Shown here piece after piece: positions 38,756-52,931 of a stretch of 64,000 bases of DNA (positions are counted from its first letter, which is position 1; each line of letters starts with the position of its first letter). The stretch covers positions 26,846,001 to 26,910,000 of the forward strand of contig OZ024743.1 of NCBI GenBank assembly GCA_964016885.1. Direction: 5' to 3'. This DNA is from Eledone cirrhosa. Its lineage: Eukaryota. The notes below the pieces were generated by a model that was not told the DNA's origin, did not search any database, and was given only the letters and a program-made list of their open reading frames with translations. A program made the position numbers and the translations under genes.

Positions 38756-40400
38756 TTCTTCTTCGCCCACTTATTCCTGAGTGGATCATGGGGAGCAGAG
38801 TCCTCAAACACTCTTTCTAATGGGTCCTGTCAGAAGAAATCATCTCCAACTGGTCTCGCTTGGGGATCCAGCTGGATCAGCCAAGCTCATGGATGTTATC
38901 CATCTATCTTGCTTAGGGTCTACCCCTGGGTCTTCTGCCAGTTGTGGTTTTGCCTGTAAAATCTATCCAGTGATTCTTTCCTGAGATATTCTAACCACAT
39001 GCCCATAGTATCGGAGTTGTGATCTCTCAATTCGGAGAAGTAGCAGCTCTACCTGGAGTGACTCCCTGATCTCCAAACTATGCACTCTATTGAGTAACAT
39101 TACTACAAAGACCCTTTAGATGAACCCCATTTCGGCTGCTTGTATTCGTGATCGTAGTCTTTCAGTCATTACTCAAGATCCATTACTGCATAAGCTCTGG
39201 CAATTCTTGCACTTGATTCAGCCTCATGCATTCTATCACTCACAAACATGGCCCTGAGATACTTGTACTTCTCCACTTGCTTCAGAAGAACTCCATTCAC
39301 ATGTAGAATGCACTGTGCAGGCTTCCTCGAAAGGATGAATGTCTCAGTTTTCACATCACTGATTTTAATTCCAACCATGCAGTACTCAGTATCAAATCTA
39401 TCAAGTGCAAGTCGAAGATCACCTGTCAAGTTAAGTAACAGCTGTTATCTGCAAATTCCAGTCGACTGATTTTACACCTGCCAGTCTTGATACCACCTCC
39501 AACCTAGCTGCACATGTCAATCCTGTTCATAAAAATAATGAACAGGAGAGGTGACAATACTCACTCTTGTTGAAGTCCAAGTTCCACATTGAATAGTTTC
39601 AATTTAGCACCATTTATCCAAACATAAATACTTGGGCATTTGTATAGAGACATCAGGGTAGCAAGAAGCTGACTATTGATCTCATACTCCTGCAGAACCT
39701 TCCACAGCAGGTCCCGAGGAATGTGGTCATAAGCCTTTTCAAGATCAACAAAAGAAGAATATACCTTTTGACAATACTTCCATGATTTCTCAAAGACCTG
39801 CTGCATTGTGAATATTGGTTGGCTGTTCTGCGTCCAGGGCAAAAACCGCATTGTTCTTCAGCTAGCTTGGACTCGACAATCTCCCTGCATTTCTTTGCCA
39901 ATCACTTAGCATAGACTTTACTGGGGAGGTTTAACAAAGAGATCCCTCTGTAATTGAAACAATCTCCCTTGTCTCTCTTTTTGATAATTGGGATTATCAA
40001 TCCTGATTGCCATTGCTTAGTGCCTTTCCAGAGATCCAGGCCACCCAGCACACACGAGTCAACCAGAGAATACCTTCTCTGTTTAATGCTTTTAACATCT
40101 TGGGCTGGATTTCATCTACCCCAGCAGCCTTGCCACATTTGAGCTCTTTAATCACTCTTGTGACCTCAGCCTCTATGAAATCAGTCACAGCTCCAAGATG
40201 CACCATGTGTATATCAGAAGATGTTGTTGTGATCGAGTTTAATCTACATGAAGGACGATGTGGTATGTTTCTTTCTTGTTCCTCTAACCATATTGCAGTT
40301 TTGGTGGTCTTATTCGCACCAGTCACCAATCTTGTTCTTTCTCAAAACTATGAAGAATAGGCTTTTTTAGAGACGGCCTTTACTCACCTTGTCATACTTA
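38756..40400 (-). mobile_element. Degenerate RTE LINE of a second family with (GAA)n tail
   Basis: GKAAGVDEIQPKMLKAL, LAEEQCGF, FVDLEKAYDHIPR, LKQVEKYKYL. Tail ttcttcttc at about 38757. Related fragments at 52857-53230 and about 62520-62900. No PHD insert. Confidence 0.8.
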
Positions 40401-40731
40401 CATCACTGGGTTGTGAGAGTTTTCTTGGAAGCTACAGGTGTCACCCATTGCTCCATATCTCCTAGTAGTTTACCACTGTTGGTTCGGGGGTTGCTTATTC
40501 ATCTGGCAGCTGCCCATTTATATCGCAACTAACCATCATATCTGGTGACTGTATCGCTATCAGCCACCTGCGACCCATTCTCTAACAGAATAGCTCTGCT
40601 GAGAAGAATTCAAAGGTCTTAGAATAAAATTAGTGAAGTCTTAATAAATAGGAAAGAAGACAGGATCATGCTACCACAGATAAATGGCTATGTTTGATGC
40701 ACAGAAAAGGAGTTGTGAAGAACTCAATATA

Positions 40732-42033
40732 CAGGGTGTGGACGATATTTGTTCGCAATTTTCAACTGCTAATTTTATGCAAATTTTTTTTACTTCCGTT
40801 GTCACTCTTGTCTTCATAAAAACAGTGACTATATTTCCATTATTTATTTTCAGAATAATTGATTATAAATAATTTTGAACCTCCAAATTTGTGGAAGAGA
40901 CACAGAGTTCTATTGGAATCCGTGCCGGGAGAACAAATAAGGAAATTTCAGACTTTCTCAGCGTCAGCAGGAGAATGGTGGAAAAGGTCAGAAAGGAATT
41001 GGAAGATTCAGGATTCGACTTCGAAGCAACATCAGAGAGGAAAACACATGATCGACGATCTGACGCCTTCAGAACGCCCAAGTTCGTCGCTGAAGTTCAG
41101 AATATCATCAACAAAACTAGCAAGTCGATGCGTGCCATTGCAAGGGAGAAAGGCGAGGATGAAAAGCTCATTAGGCTGGTGGTACATGAAGACATTCGCT
41201 ACATTTCATACAAGATGAGGAAAGGACAATTTCTGTCAAAGGCGATGCAAGAAAAGCGACTGAAGTACGCAAAGAAGCTGATCAACAAGTTGAAACACCC
41301 ACTGGAGCCAGACATGGTGTGGTTTTTCTCCGACGAGAAAAACTTCTGCCAAGACCAGAAGATCAACTCCCAGAACAACAGGTGGCTCGCTGTCTCATAC
41401 AAAGACGTGCCCAGAGTCATGCAGACAAACTTTCCAGTGACAATATTGGTCTTAGGTGTCATCAGCAGTCAAGGTGATGTCATACCACCTCACTTCTTCC
41501 CTGAGGGCCTCAAGCTGAACACCGATGGCTACATCAGTGTTCTGAGCGAGGTAGAAAGCCCTGGATCGAACAGGTAGCTGCAGGTAGGCCGTACGTGTGG
41601 CAGCAAGACTCAGCGCCCTGCAATACCAGCCAAAAGACCCAGGCCTGGCTGTCAGAGAACTTCGTCGACCACACTTCACCTGACATCTGGCCTCCCAGCT
41701 CGCCTGACTGCAACCCCCTCGACTTCTTTGTGTGGGGCACAGTGGAACGAGACACCAACATATCTAGCTGCAATACGAAAGACGATCTGAAAGCCAGGAT
41801 CACAAGTGCCTTTAGGGGCCTAAGTCGGGGGACAGTGACGAAGGCCTGTAGCCGGTTCCGAAGCCGCCTTGAGGCCGTCATCAAAGCCAATGGCAGGTTT
41901 ATCGAGTGAGATAGAAAGAACAAGTCATGAGGACAAACTGACCCAAGTTTGATAAATATATCTTAAAAAATAAAACTACTGTGTTATTTTTTCATAGACA
42001 GTAATCTTGTGAACAAATATCATCCGCACCCTG
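40732..42033 (+). mobile_element. Full-length maT (DD37D) Tc1/mariner transposon, transposase disrupted
   Basis: TIRs with TA TSD. WFFSDE...WQQDSAP...SPDCNPLD with 37 residues between the 2nd and 3rd Asp. Relative to the 660 copy the start ATG is ATA and there are two 1-nt deletions (about 40911 and 41555). Confidence 0.93.
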
Positions 42034-42055
42034 TAGTGTACCCATTGTAAATTAT

Positions 42056-42243
42056 TGTTTCTACTTTTGACACAAGGCCAGCAATTACCCAGTGTATTAC
42101 TGGTACTTTATTTTATTGACCCCGTAAGGATGAAAGGCAAAGTTAACCTCGGCAGGATTTGAACTCAGAATGGCAAGGGCCGTAACTCTATGTGTCAAAG
42201 CATGGCGTCTGCCCCTCTACCGATACTGCCAATCCACCGCCCC
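42056..42243 (-). mobile_element. Young OK-like SINE
   Basis: Full length. 10-bp TSD tgtaaattat (42046-42055 / 42244-42253). Confidence 0.88.
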
Positions 42244-42770
42244 TGTAAATTATGGGTGCGCATTAGGTGTAGTGATATCACAATCAGGTTAACAAACAAA
42301 AGAAATATTGCATGCAGTACAGGGTGGCTAGCAATAAGAGCACCAGTGAAATAAACTGTTTCCAATCCAAGTAAGACCACATAGAATTAGTTGATAGCTT
42401 CTATCACTGGGGTGACCTAAGTAATAGTGAAGGAGTGTCATAATCACCTCATCACTTTCCTGCCAACTAACATAATTTCGTGCAGGAAAAAAAGAAGTAT
42501 CATGAATTTTAAGTTGGCTCGCACAACAGAATCAAAAGTTTTTTTCTGTTGGTATAAAGAGGAACAGAGCAAAACAAGAGAGCAATGGAAGAACGTCTAC
42601 ATTGAACCATGGTTGGCAGAAAAGAGGCAGTCAGCTATTTTGACAGAAACAGTAGCAGCAGAGGCAAGAGAGACAAAAAATAGGTAGACAGGGAGAAAGA
42701 AAGATAAAAGTAGTTACCTATCCCTGTCACCATTATCCGTTCATTTTAGGAAGCTGAATTGGCTCAAATT

Positions 42771-43142
42771 ATCATCATCATCATTATCATCGTTTAACGT
42801 CCATCTTCCATGCTTGCATGGGTTTGGATGGGAATTTTCCCACTTGAGGCAAGATTGGTTGACTTGCTCGTATAAGATTGTCTGGCGGGTTTTCTACGGC
42901 TGGATGCCCTTCCTAACACCAACCACGTTTACAGTGTGAACTGGGAGGTTTTTACTGTGTTACCTACATGGCCATATTACAGCATGGACTGTGCGTTTTC
43001 TTTTGTTGTGACACCTACACGACCTCATTTGTTTCGGCCTGGATGTTGTGGTACCAACATAACTTTACATTGAAAGGGGTGGTGTGGATGGGGTGGGGGT
43101 AGTGGGACGGGGGTGTATTTTTGTTAGAGGTGCCTACTGACT
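42771..43142 (-). mobile_element. RTE 3' UTR with (GAT)n tail, inverted
   Basis: Reverse complement of the family 3' UTR seen at 29215-29589 and 44152-44510. Confidence 0.88.
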
Positions 43143-44510
43143 AGGAGTTCAAGACCGGCTGCCCAGGGGAACTTCTATACGCAGATGATCTAACGCTCAT
43201 AGCTGAATCATTGGCTGAACTAGAGAAGAAATTCCAAACATGGAAGCATGGCCTAGAATCAAAAGGCCTTAAAGTTAACTTGTCTAAGACTAAAGTTCTA
43301 GTATGTAGGAAGGAAAATAGGGCACTGGTCCCCTCTGGGAAATGGCCATGCTCAGTGTGTAGGAAAGGAGTAGGCAGAAACTCTATTTTATGTCCCAAAT
43401 GCAAAGTATGGGTGCATAAAAGATGTAGTGGGATCACAGGTAAGTTAACTAAGAATATAAATTTTATATGTGGCCGGTGCTCAGGTGCAATAAGTAGTAG
43501 CAAGTGCCCACTGGATACTAGCTCCTTCCATTGCCCAGATGGTTCTATAGAAATAGTGAACACCTTCCGTTACCTGGGTGAGAAAATCAGCAGTGGTGGA
43601 TGGTGCTCTGAAAGTACAATAGCTAGAGTCAGAACAGGATGGAAAAAGTTCAGAGAGCTTATACCACTATTGGCCGCTAAAGGTTTCATCTAAAAATGAA
43701 AGGCAGACTGTATGATGCCTGCATACGAACAGCAATGCTACATGGCAGTGAGACATGGGCATTGTGTGCAGAGGATCTGCGCAGACTGGAGAGGAACGAA
43801 GCTTGCATGTTCCGTTGGATGTGTAATAGTAATATACGTGAACGGCAAAGCATAAATGAACTAAGTGAGAAATTAGGAATAAGAGGGATCAATTGCTGTT
43901 TACTCGAGAGAAGAATACGTTGGTATGGTCACGGGATGCGCATGAAAGACGACAGCTGTATAAAAAAGTGCAGGGTGATCAAAATAGATGGAAGCTACGG
44001 AGTAGGCAGACCCAGAAAAACCTGGGACGCTGTGATAAATTCTGACCTTACACACTTACACCTCTCCAAGACAATGTCACTGGACCGAGATCTTTGGCGC
44101 TATGCAGTAATACAGAAGACCCGCCTTGCCTAAGTACAAAGCAAAACCTACAGTCAGTAGGCATCTCTTAACCAAAAATACACCCCCTTCCCACTACCCT
44201 TACCTCCACCCCTTTCTCTGTAAAGTTATGTTGGTACCACAACATCAAGTCTTAAATGAATGAGGTCGTGTAGGTGTCATGACAAATAAAAAAACACAGT
44301 CCACGCTGTAATGTGGCCGTGTAGGTAACATGGTAAAAACCTCCCAGTCCACACTGTAAACGTGGTTGGTGTCAGGAAGGGCATCCAGCCATAGAAAACC
44401 TGCCAGGCAGTCCTATACGAGCAAGACAACTAATCTTGCCTCATGTGGGACAAATCCCGTCTAAACCCATGCTAGCATGGAAGATAGATGTTAAACGATG
44501 ATGATGATGA
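43143..44510 (+). mobile_element. 5'-truncated RTE LINE (PHD family), one frameshift near 43690
   Basis: ELLYADDL, CSVC..CPKC..HKRC..CGRC, FRYLG, MLHGSETW, GRPRKTW, 3' UTR and (GAT)n. Confidence 0.92.
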
Positions 44511-45559
44511 CTTCAACTGTGACTGTGTTTTGAATGTGTCAATGCAAGAACCTCTAAGATCAGAGATCTGTTAATCTAAGGGTTAAACAACAACCTTATG
44601 TTTGGTAAGTAGCTGAAACAGCATTAGCAATAAATTCTTGAATTGTACAAAGTAGCACTATGACAGCATCACATTAAAAATTAAAGTCATTACTTTAGTT
44701 TGATGCTCACAATGATCTGCCCACTAATAAAGATACTATAATTATTTGAATTAATAAATCTGTCTTTAGATAGTTTCTGCTAAATCATTACAGGATGTTA
44801 AGAGTTAATGTTTCTTGTGGTCCAGTTGAGCAAATCATGAACTGCATTTATTTCATGTCTCTGCTACTAACTATTGTACATTTGGTATGTATAAAAATCT
44901 GGTTACTGGTCAATCTATCATATCTCTAAATACCATAAAATAATAAGATAGCAAAATGGCATGACAGGCAATAGATGACTGGAAGCCTTGTTACTGATTT
45001 GAATTTACCAGTCTATAAATGTGTGTGTGTAGAGAGAGAGAGAGAGACTGAGTGTAATTGCACATATGATAGCAATAGATATTTTGTTAGATATAATGTT
45101 AGATATAATAAGGATATTTCTATGAAAAACAGTTTAAGAAAAGGCTCATTGAAATAAAAAAAGAGTTCAAATACTATCTTTTGTGTAAAATGGGTAAAAA
45201 TCAATACATTTGAAAGTACTCAACCATGAAAATCAAAGTTTGGGAATTAGGCTAGAATTATATTAGACAAAGGAATAAATATTTCATAGATATAATAAAA
45301 GTATTTCTTCATGCAAGTATTCAAATTTCGGAGCAATGATATCATCATCATTTTATGTCCGCTTTTCCCTGCTTGCAAGGGTGGGACGGGAACTGATTCT
45401 GGCTTGATTTCTACAGCTGGACGCTCTTCCTAACACCAACCTCATTTACAGTGAGTGCTGGGTGCTTTTTTTCCGTGGCGCCTACACGTCTACTTTACAG
45501 TGTGGGCTGGGTGCTTTTTGCCATGGCACCTCCACGACCACTAAGCAGTGGAATGATAG

Positions 45560-45722
45560 GGATCCTAGTCCTATCATCTCATTTCTACTGCTGAGTAAAC
45601 TGGAGCAATGTGAAATAAAGTGTCTTGCTCAAGGAAACAACACATCACCCAGTCTGAGAATTGAACTCACAACCTTTCGATTTCAAGGCCAATGCTCTAA
45701 CCACTAAGCTATGTGCCTCCAT
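45560..45722 (-). mobile_element. tRNA-derived SINE (same family as 9942)
   Basis: Minus strand ggaggcacatagcttagtggttagagca...gtgagttcaattc...ttccttgagcaagacacttta. Confidence 0.7.
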
Positions 45723-45866
45723 ATAGTTATCTGAGGACAAATAGATTACCATACATACATCTCAAAAATGTGAACCTGTTGTATATTAACAAGATATATG
45801 ATGAAGATGATGGAAGATAACGAAAGGATTTGAACAATTGCAGTATTTATTATTGTAAGAGTGATG

Positions 45867-46048
45867 TGGATTGGCAGTATCGGTAGAGGGTCGGGCGCCA
45901 TGCTTTGAAGCATAGACTTACCTCCCTTTATGATCTGAGTTCAAATCCCGCCGAGGTTAACTTTGCCTTTCATCCTTACGGGGTCGATAAAATAAAGTAC
46001 CAGTAATGCACTGGGATAATTGCTGGCCTTGTGCCAAAAGTAGAAACC
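45867..46048 (+). mobile_element. Young OK-like SINE
   Basis: 18-bp TSD attattgtaagagtgatg (45849-45866 / 46049-46066). Confidence 0.9.
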
Positions 46049-46104
46049 ATTATTGTAAGAGTGATGCTTATGGTGATGATGATGATAGAGATGTTTTGTG
46101 TTTT

Positions 46105-46358
46105 ATGCCACATGGACAAATTGAGAGAGAAACTGTGTATAAGAGGAATAAACTGTAGCGTGCAGGAGAAAAGCCTGCATTGGTATGGCCGTGTGATGTG
46201 CATGGATGATGACCGCTGGGTGAAGAAGTACCAAGTAATCCCAGTGGAAGGAAGACACAGTAGAGGAAGACCACGAAAAACATTGGGTGAGGTAGTGAGA
46301 GCTGCTGTGCTGAGGAACACCCATCCCACCCATGCAAGCAGGGAAAAGCAGACGTAAA

Positions 46359-46394
<36 letters not shown>
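46105..46394 (+). mobile_element. RTE 3' fragment with (GAT)n tail
   Basis: LREKLCIRGI...LHWYGRVM...GRPRKT, then cccatgcaagcagggaaaagcagacgtaaaat(gat)n. Confidence 0.8.
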
Positions 46395-46397
<3 letters not shown>

Positions 46398-47617
46398 TAA
46401 TAACCCATTTGTGACCATATTTCTAATAAAATCATTGTCTGTGTGTTTCAGTTGATTTTTTAAAAGTAATTTACAATTTAAAATCACTAAGTTCTCCAGT
46501 ATTAAACTGTTGTTTGGAACATAACTTAACAGAAGGGGGATTACATATAATTTGGAGAGTAGGTTTAAATTTAAATAAAACACTTTATATGGACAATTTT
46601 GTACAATAAAAGTTAGGGCTATTTCATGTGGGTTGCTGTTAAAAGGTTTAATCACTAAAAAGAAATATTTATTTCTAGAGATGTTTGTTGTCCAACTATA
46701 TTTATCAAATCAATTATTGCTATTGTACTGGTTGTGTTCAGGGGATTGGCAGAATCAGCAGAGCACCAGACAAAATGCCTGGCTTTATTTACTTACAACT
46801 TTTACATTCTAAATTCAAATCCCACTGAAGTCACTTTTGTATTTCATCCTTCTAGTGTTGGTACAATAAATCTGTCAAATGCTGGAGTATATATAATTAA
46901 CTATATTTCTCACACAATGTTTGTGGCTTTGTACCTGTTACAAACCAATATCATGTTCCCATTACATTCTGTAAAATGGTTTGAACTAGGAAGGGCATCC
47001 AGTTGTAGAAATTATGCCAAAATAGAAAACATGAGCACGATGAGGTCTCTATGATCCATCTAGTTGTGGAGTGTGAAAACCTATCCAATCCAAGCCAGCA
47101 TGGAAAGTGGACATTAAACAATGATGATGTTAATGATGATTGTACTCATTGGAACACAGGGATTTGATAATTCACAATGTTGAAGTTACAAGATTGTTGA
47201 CAAAATCTTTGAGCAACGAGTTAAATACTTGAGCATTTTGTAAATAGTCATTATATCAGACCTTCCATGCTATGCACTCTTCTTCTCTCCTACCTTATTA
47301 GGTTTACCACTGCAGATTAGACCAAGTATTTTTCCAATAGTTTCAGTAGCTATCTGATGTAACCTATTATTTACTGCCACTGTGGAATGGAAAGTGGATT
47401 TAAGTAATATCTGGTGCTGTTGGTAGAAAGAGAAAAACATAGAAACAAATAAAAGATATCTTTAGCTGTAATAATAACTAAAATTATTTGTGACAAGATA
47501 AGTCAGCAGGCAGTTGGATAAAAAAATTCCAGCAAAGTATTATCTGTTAGTGATTTAAAGCTGATACATTTTGTAAAGGGAAGAAATTTTAAATTCCTCA
47601 TTAAATGTTGATATTAA

Positions 47618-47815
47618 CCCTTTACCATTTAAACCAGCCATGCCCGCTCTGTTCAAAGTGGCCGTAACTAGTCACTCATATTGATGTTAATGTATTGTTC
47701 TCAAAATTAATAATATTAAAATTTCATAGATTCAATATAATAAGATATTATGTGAGATAAAGCCTTTACCACAAACATGCAATAGTATATATAGAGTAAT
47801 GTAAATGTTAAAGGA
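47618..47815. mobile_element. piggyBac-type MITE (sister of 20761)
   Basis: ttaa-ccctttaccattta ... taaatgttaaagga-ttaa, with shared internal sequence. Confidence 0.72.
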
Positions 47816-50800
47816 TTAAATCCCTCATTAAATGTTGATCAGGAGTTGTGACCGGTAGATAGTATCAGCAATAGAAAGACCAATGAAAACATTGTTTCCT
47901 TGGTTTGATTTGACGAGGTCCACCCCACTTGGCAAGTGAATGAGGTCTGGGATCATGTCAACCGATCAGAGAGTAATATAACTAACTTTTGTTGTTATTT
48001 ACTGTATGATATTTGTTCCAGCTCTTTACATTCAGCAGGAGTTAAACTCAGAACATGAAGATACAGAACCAATACTGCTCAGAATTTTGTTCTATAACAT
48101 TAAATAAAATGCCGTGAGGCATTTGTTCTGGCTCTTTGCATTATGTGGTCAACTTTGCTTTTCATACTTCCAGGTTTGATAAAATTAAGTACCATTCAAG
48201 TACTGGGTTCAATAGTCTCAACTTTGCCAATCACCCAAATTGTTGGCTTTCAGTCTTAATTAGAAACTATTATTAAGGTTTTATACATTATTTTATTGTT
48301 TTGAAGAATTATTTCCGTTGTAGAAATTTTGTTTCATGCTGCTAATGTTAAAAAATATAAACAAGAAAACACAACTCACACAACTCTCACACAATCTCAC
48401 ACAATCTCATTTCTTCTCTCCAATAAATATGTAAAAAGATATTTGAAAATTAATTATAACCTTTTTCTTTTCATCTTTTTTTATTTGTCATTCAGAGTAG
48501 GCAACAGCTATATTTTCAAACCTCATTTGGCTGGGTGAGGTTAATGTGGTTAATATTCAGCTTGAACTAAATACCTTCCATCATAATTTTATGTTGAATA
48601 TTTGTTATATTCCAAAAACAAGCTCAACATAAGAAAGTTGGTTATATTTCTAAATCCTTCGAAATGTTTTATTATTTTCAAATCATGCAATGATGAAAGT
48701 ATTTTTAAAAGAATTGAAGATATCATAGAGAAAACAAGCTGGGAGAAAATTCCACTGTGCTATAATTCTTGGAAAAAAGGAATTGGAAACTTATCAAATA
48801 GGGGACTTGGAATTGGAGTAAGACACTGTATGGATGGTTAGAGGATAAATAGTGGTAATGAATGTATTTAGATGGAGTTAGTAGATAACCATCAGGATTA
48901 GACCAGTGATAGACACCCTTTTTCAGAAGATGAACCACAAAATTCATGAGGAAATTTCACAGACTACTAAATATAAATTTTCTTTTAATTGCATTAAGCA
49001 ATGCAGTAGGGCATAACACTCACAATGGACTACCAACATTTTGATATGGACAACTGGTGATCTACCTGAACTACATTGTGTATCATTGATATAATCTATT
49101 GCATAATAGTTTCAGAAGTATCAGTGGGGAAAACACATTTTAACAGTGGGTAAATGTTTGAGTTTTGTTGGTAGATAACTTACTAGTCAAGTGGTGAGTT
49201 GCTCTTCTAAAGATGTAGATACATAGTGGAGTCTGATGCAGATGGCTGGGTAGAGTTGTATTCATTTGTACCTTGTATATATTATTAGCAACAGTTGAAT
49301 AAAATGTTATTTTCTGGCTCTGAAAATGGGATCTAAATCATTGTGATATAATCATAGTTATGTGAAAGATCATCAAGGATTGTGTTGTATTCTTGTAGTT
49401 ATACAAAACAAAATATATTTAACAGCAACCTTTTATTGATTGCATCAAGGAGCTGGTATAATGAGACCAAGTTCAATAGTAATGTTTATCCAAATAAAGC
49501 AGTCACATGCAGTCCTTTGGAAGCCTTATTCAACAGAATATGCAAGCTTTCTGACATCAAGCTGGTAGCCATATTAAATAGTCATGATCACATGACCATC
49601 AGGTTGTCACATGATATAGTAAGCAATGCTACATTAACTTTAGCATAACAATGATGTTGAATTACCCGGAAAAAAATTGTTTTTAATACTTTCATAATAA
49701 TAGAACTGCATCAAACACTATTTATTCCTATATTATCAAACTGCAGTTTTCATTAATAGGATCTGGAATATTATTTAAAGCTTGAGAGATTGATTATGTA
49801 TTAGTTCACTATCATTATTTGTGTCATTGTATATTTGTCTTACATATTATATTTGCTCTTGAGAGTTACAGCTGTTCAACTTTAAGAATTATTACCTACT
49901 TATTTTTATTCAGCATTTCTTCAACATCGATACCAAACAGCAGCTATACTTTAATAAGATATTGTTAACAGTGAGCATATTTGACTGCTCATCAACAGTG
50001 ATGGGTTAAGCAGTTTTCTTGGATGAGTGTGTGACTAAAATGTGCATGTGTAGAACCATTACTAAGTGAATATACTGTTAAGCCAATTTTAACACCAGTG
50101 ATCATTCTTTCAGTAATTCAATTTCATTTGGGATTACATGGAGAGGTTTTCTTAGGTTTAGATCTGATTATATACATTAGATACTATCATGAGATTCACT
50201 GGCATTGTCCTGGAAGACACAGACTTAATCTTTCAGTTTTTATATTTCTAACTCTTATTACTTCTAAGTTACTTGATTATGCATTAAAATATATTAACCT
50301 TTTTGATACTAGATAACCTGAAACTGCTCCTGGTTCTATGATACAAAACTGTTTGTTTTAAAATATTTAAAACCTTCCATCATATTTTTATGTAAGAACC
50401 TTTGTCAAGTTATGATCCAAACACCTGCTAAATAATGAGAAGGTTAGTCATTAATTAATCCATCCAAATTATTGATAAGTTTCAAATATATTTGAAAATC
50501 ATAGACAGTATCTTTCATTAGAAATATGGTAATAAAAGGGTTGACATAAGCCTGATCCTATTTCTTTAGGCCATATGTGCACTGAGATGGTAACTCTGAC
50601 TTTATTCTACTATGATGTCTTTTATACCATTCCATATTCCCACAGTAACCTGGCCACCCCGAGTCCAATTTTAACCAATTCCTTATTTCTGTTGAGTCAC
50701 ACTGTACATTATTCTGCTCAGCTTTTATCATCAATGTTCTCAAACAGGTTGGTGGAACAATGAATTCACCACTATTGAAGACATTATCTTCAGCTGTTAA

Positions 50801-52855
50801 CTTATTTTAAACTCATCACCATCATCATCATCAGCATTATTATTGCATTCATACAGCATTATAAAGAGATTCTCACTAATATCAACATGTGGTATTTCAG
50901 GTTCCTTTACCTATTACATGTACATTTTCATAATCATATACTGCTATTTGTAGAGCCCATCAATACAATACATTTATTAAACCACAAATGTTGCTAAAAA
51001 TAAATTTTAGTGACTTAAATTTTTGTCCAAGTAGAAAATGTCATGCTCTTCAAATACACCATATAATTACTAAGGCTTCCCATCTCAATGTCGTGTGTCA
51101 GCTGTGATAATGCTTTTCATAAATGTAGTACAGGATGGCTTTCTTGTGAAAGTATGTCAGATATAGCATTTTCACATCTCCCAATATTTAACCCATTAAC
51201 TACTATATTTTAAATGAAGTTTATTGCCTATGTATTTTAATTAATTTCGAAAATAACGAAAGATTTGGAAGAATTTAATAAAGTAATTGATATTCATAAT
51301 AGCAAGCTAATGTTTGGAACTTTACTTTACAAAGATTTCTTAAATAAAATTATGATGAAATGTTTTAATATGAACATTTAAAAATGAGCAGACTTGTATA
51401 ATAAAACCAATAGTAGTTTGGTAACAAAAGACTTAATCATATTAAAAATGAAATCTATGTTATTATTGGTTACCTAATATATCTAACATGGTATAAATAT
51501 GGTTAATACATTTGAAGTCCCCAAAAGGTGTTTATTCAAGTAAAACCATTGTCACATATAGTCCTTTACCATCTGAAACTTCATTAAATTGAATATACAA
51601 GTCTCTGACATCCGATTAATAAAAGTGTTAAATATTCTTGATCAGATGACTAGCTACAATAATATTAGCATAGCAATGATATCACAGAACAGAAAGAAGC
51701 AGATTTGCTTTGTTGATTGTTATTTATGGGAAGAAAATCTGTTTTGTATAAATGTGTTCTGACTATTTTGGCTTTATTGAGACTAGATTGTCAAGAATGG
51801 TATATAAAGATTAAATCTTGAGTAATAGAGAAAGAAAAGGGAATTGGTATATTATCTATATAGGATTCTGTAATGTTGAGAAATTACAGTGTGTAGATCA
51901 TCCATATATAGAGAGAGATGGGTTGTGAAAAGATAACTAAGCTTTGGGTAACCCTAGAGTGGTTAAATAAAGGTCAAATGACGCCTGTCAACATCAAATT
52001 GAGGAAAGAAATATTCCAGTTCTCAGATTAACCCTTTTGATATTGATCCACCAGAAACTACCCTTGATCTTATAATACAAAACTGCCCAAGTGTTTATAT
52101 TTATATTAAAATCTCACATTACAATTTTATTGATAGTTATTGTTGAAGAGAAGAGATATAATGGTTTCTAGTATAGGCACAAGGCCAACTATTTTGGAGG
52201 AGGGGGAAAGTTGAGTAAATCGACCCCAGTACATTACTGGTACTTTATTTTATCGACCCCGTAAGAAGAAAAGAGATATAATGAGGAGGATTCTTGATGG
52301 TTGCATCCATTACATTTAAAACATGAAATGTGAGAGCAATGGTAATTAACTAAGAAGTTACATTTCTTTGGGATTGGAATTCTAGTGGTTTAGGGGGATT
52401 TATTTACTGGGCAACACATTGTATCCTTGATCAAGGCACTTGATTACATGTAACCCCAGTTCACATCGATGAAAATGAGTAGCAGCAGCAGCAGCAGCAG
52501 CAGCTGGAGGTTAGTTCTACAGTAGACAGACATCTTGTTCAGTAAGTCTTGAACTCTCATTGCTTAATATCCAGGAAACTGAGATAAACTCTGGGATTTG
52601 GAAAACAAACTTGAAACAATAAATCACCCACTCACCTATAGACAGTGAAAAGATTGATGAAGATGGGGATCAGATTGATAGTATACTATTTTGACCTTTT
52701 TGATACTGAAGCACCACCTATTTAAGCTCATTTATCACAGTATTTCTTATGAAATATTTCCTATTTTAATTTATGAAGAATTTGGGAAGTATTAGAATAA
52801 TAACTCCATGAAGATGATATTTGTAACATAACAAAATGTTCTTAGATAAAGTTAT

Positions 52856-52931
52856 CTTCTTCTTCTTCTTCTTCTTCTTCTTCTTCTTCTTCTTCTTCTT
52901 CTTCTTCTTCTTCTTCTTCTTCTTCTTCTTC
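52856..52931. repeat. Pure (CTT)n microsatellite joined to an RTE RT fragment (52932-53230, minus)
   Basis: About 25 perfect units. The adjacent sequence matches 39355-39650. Confidence 0.9.
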
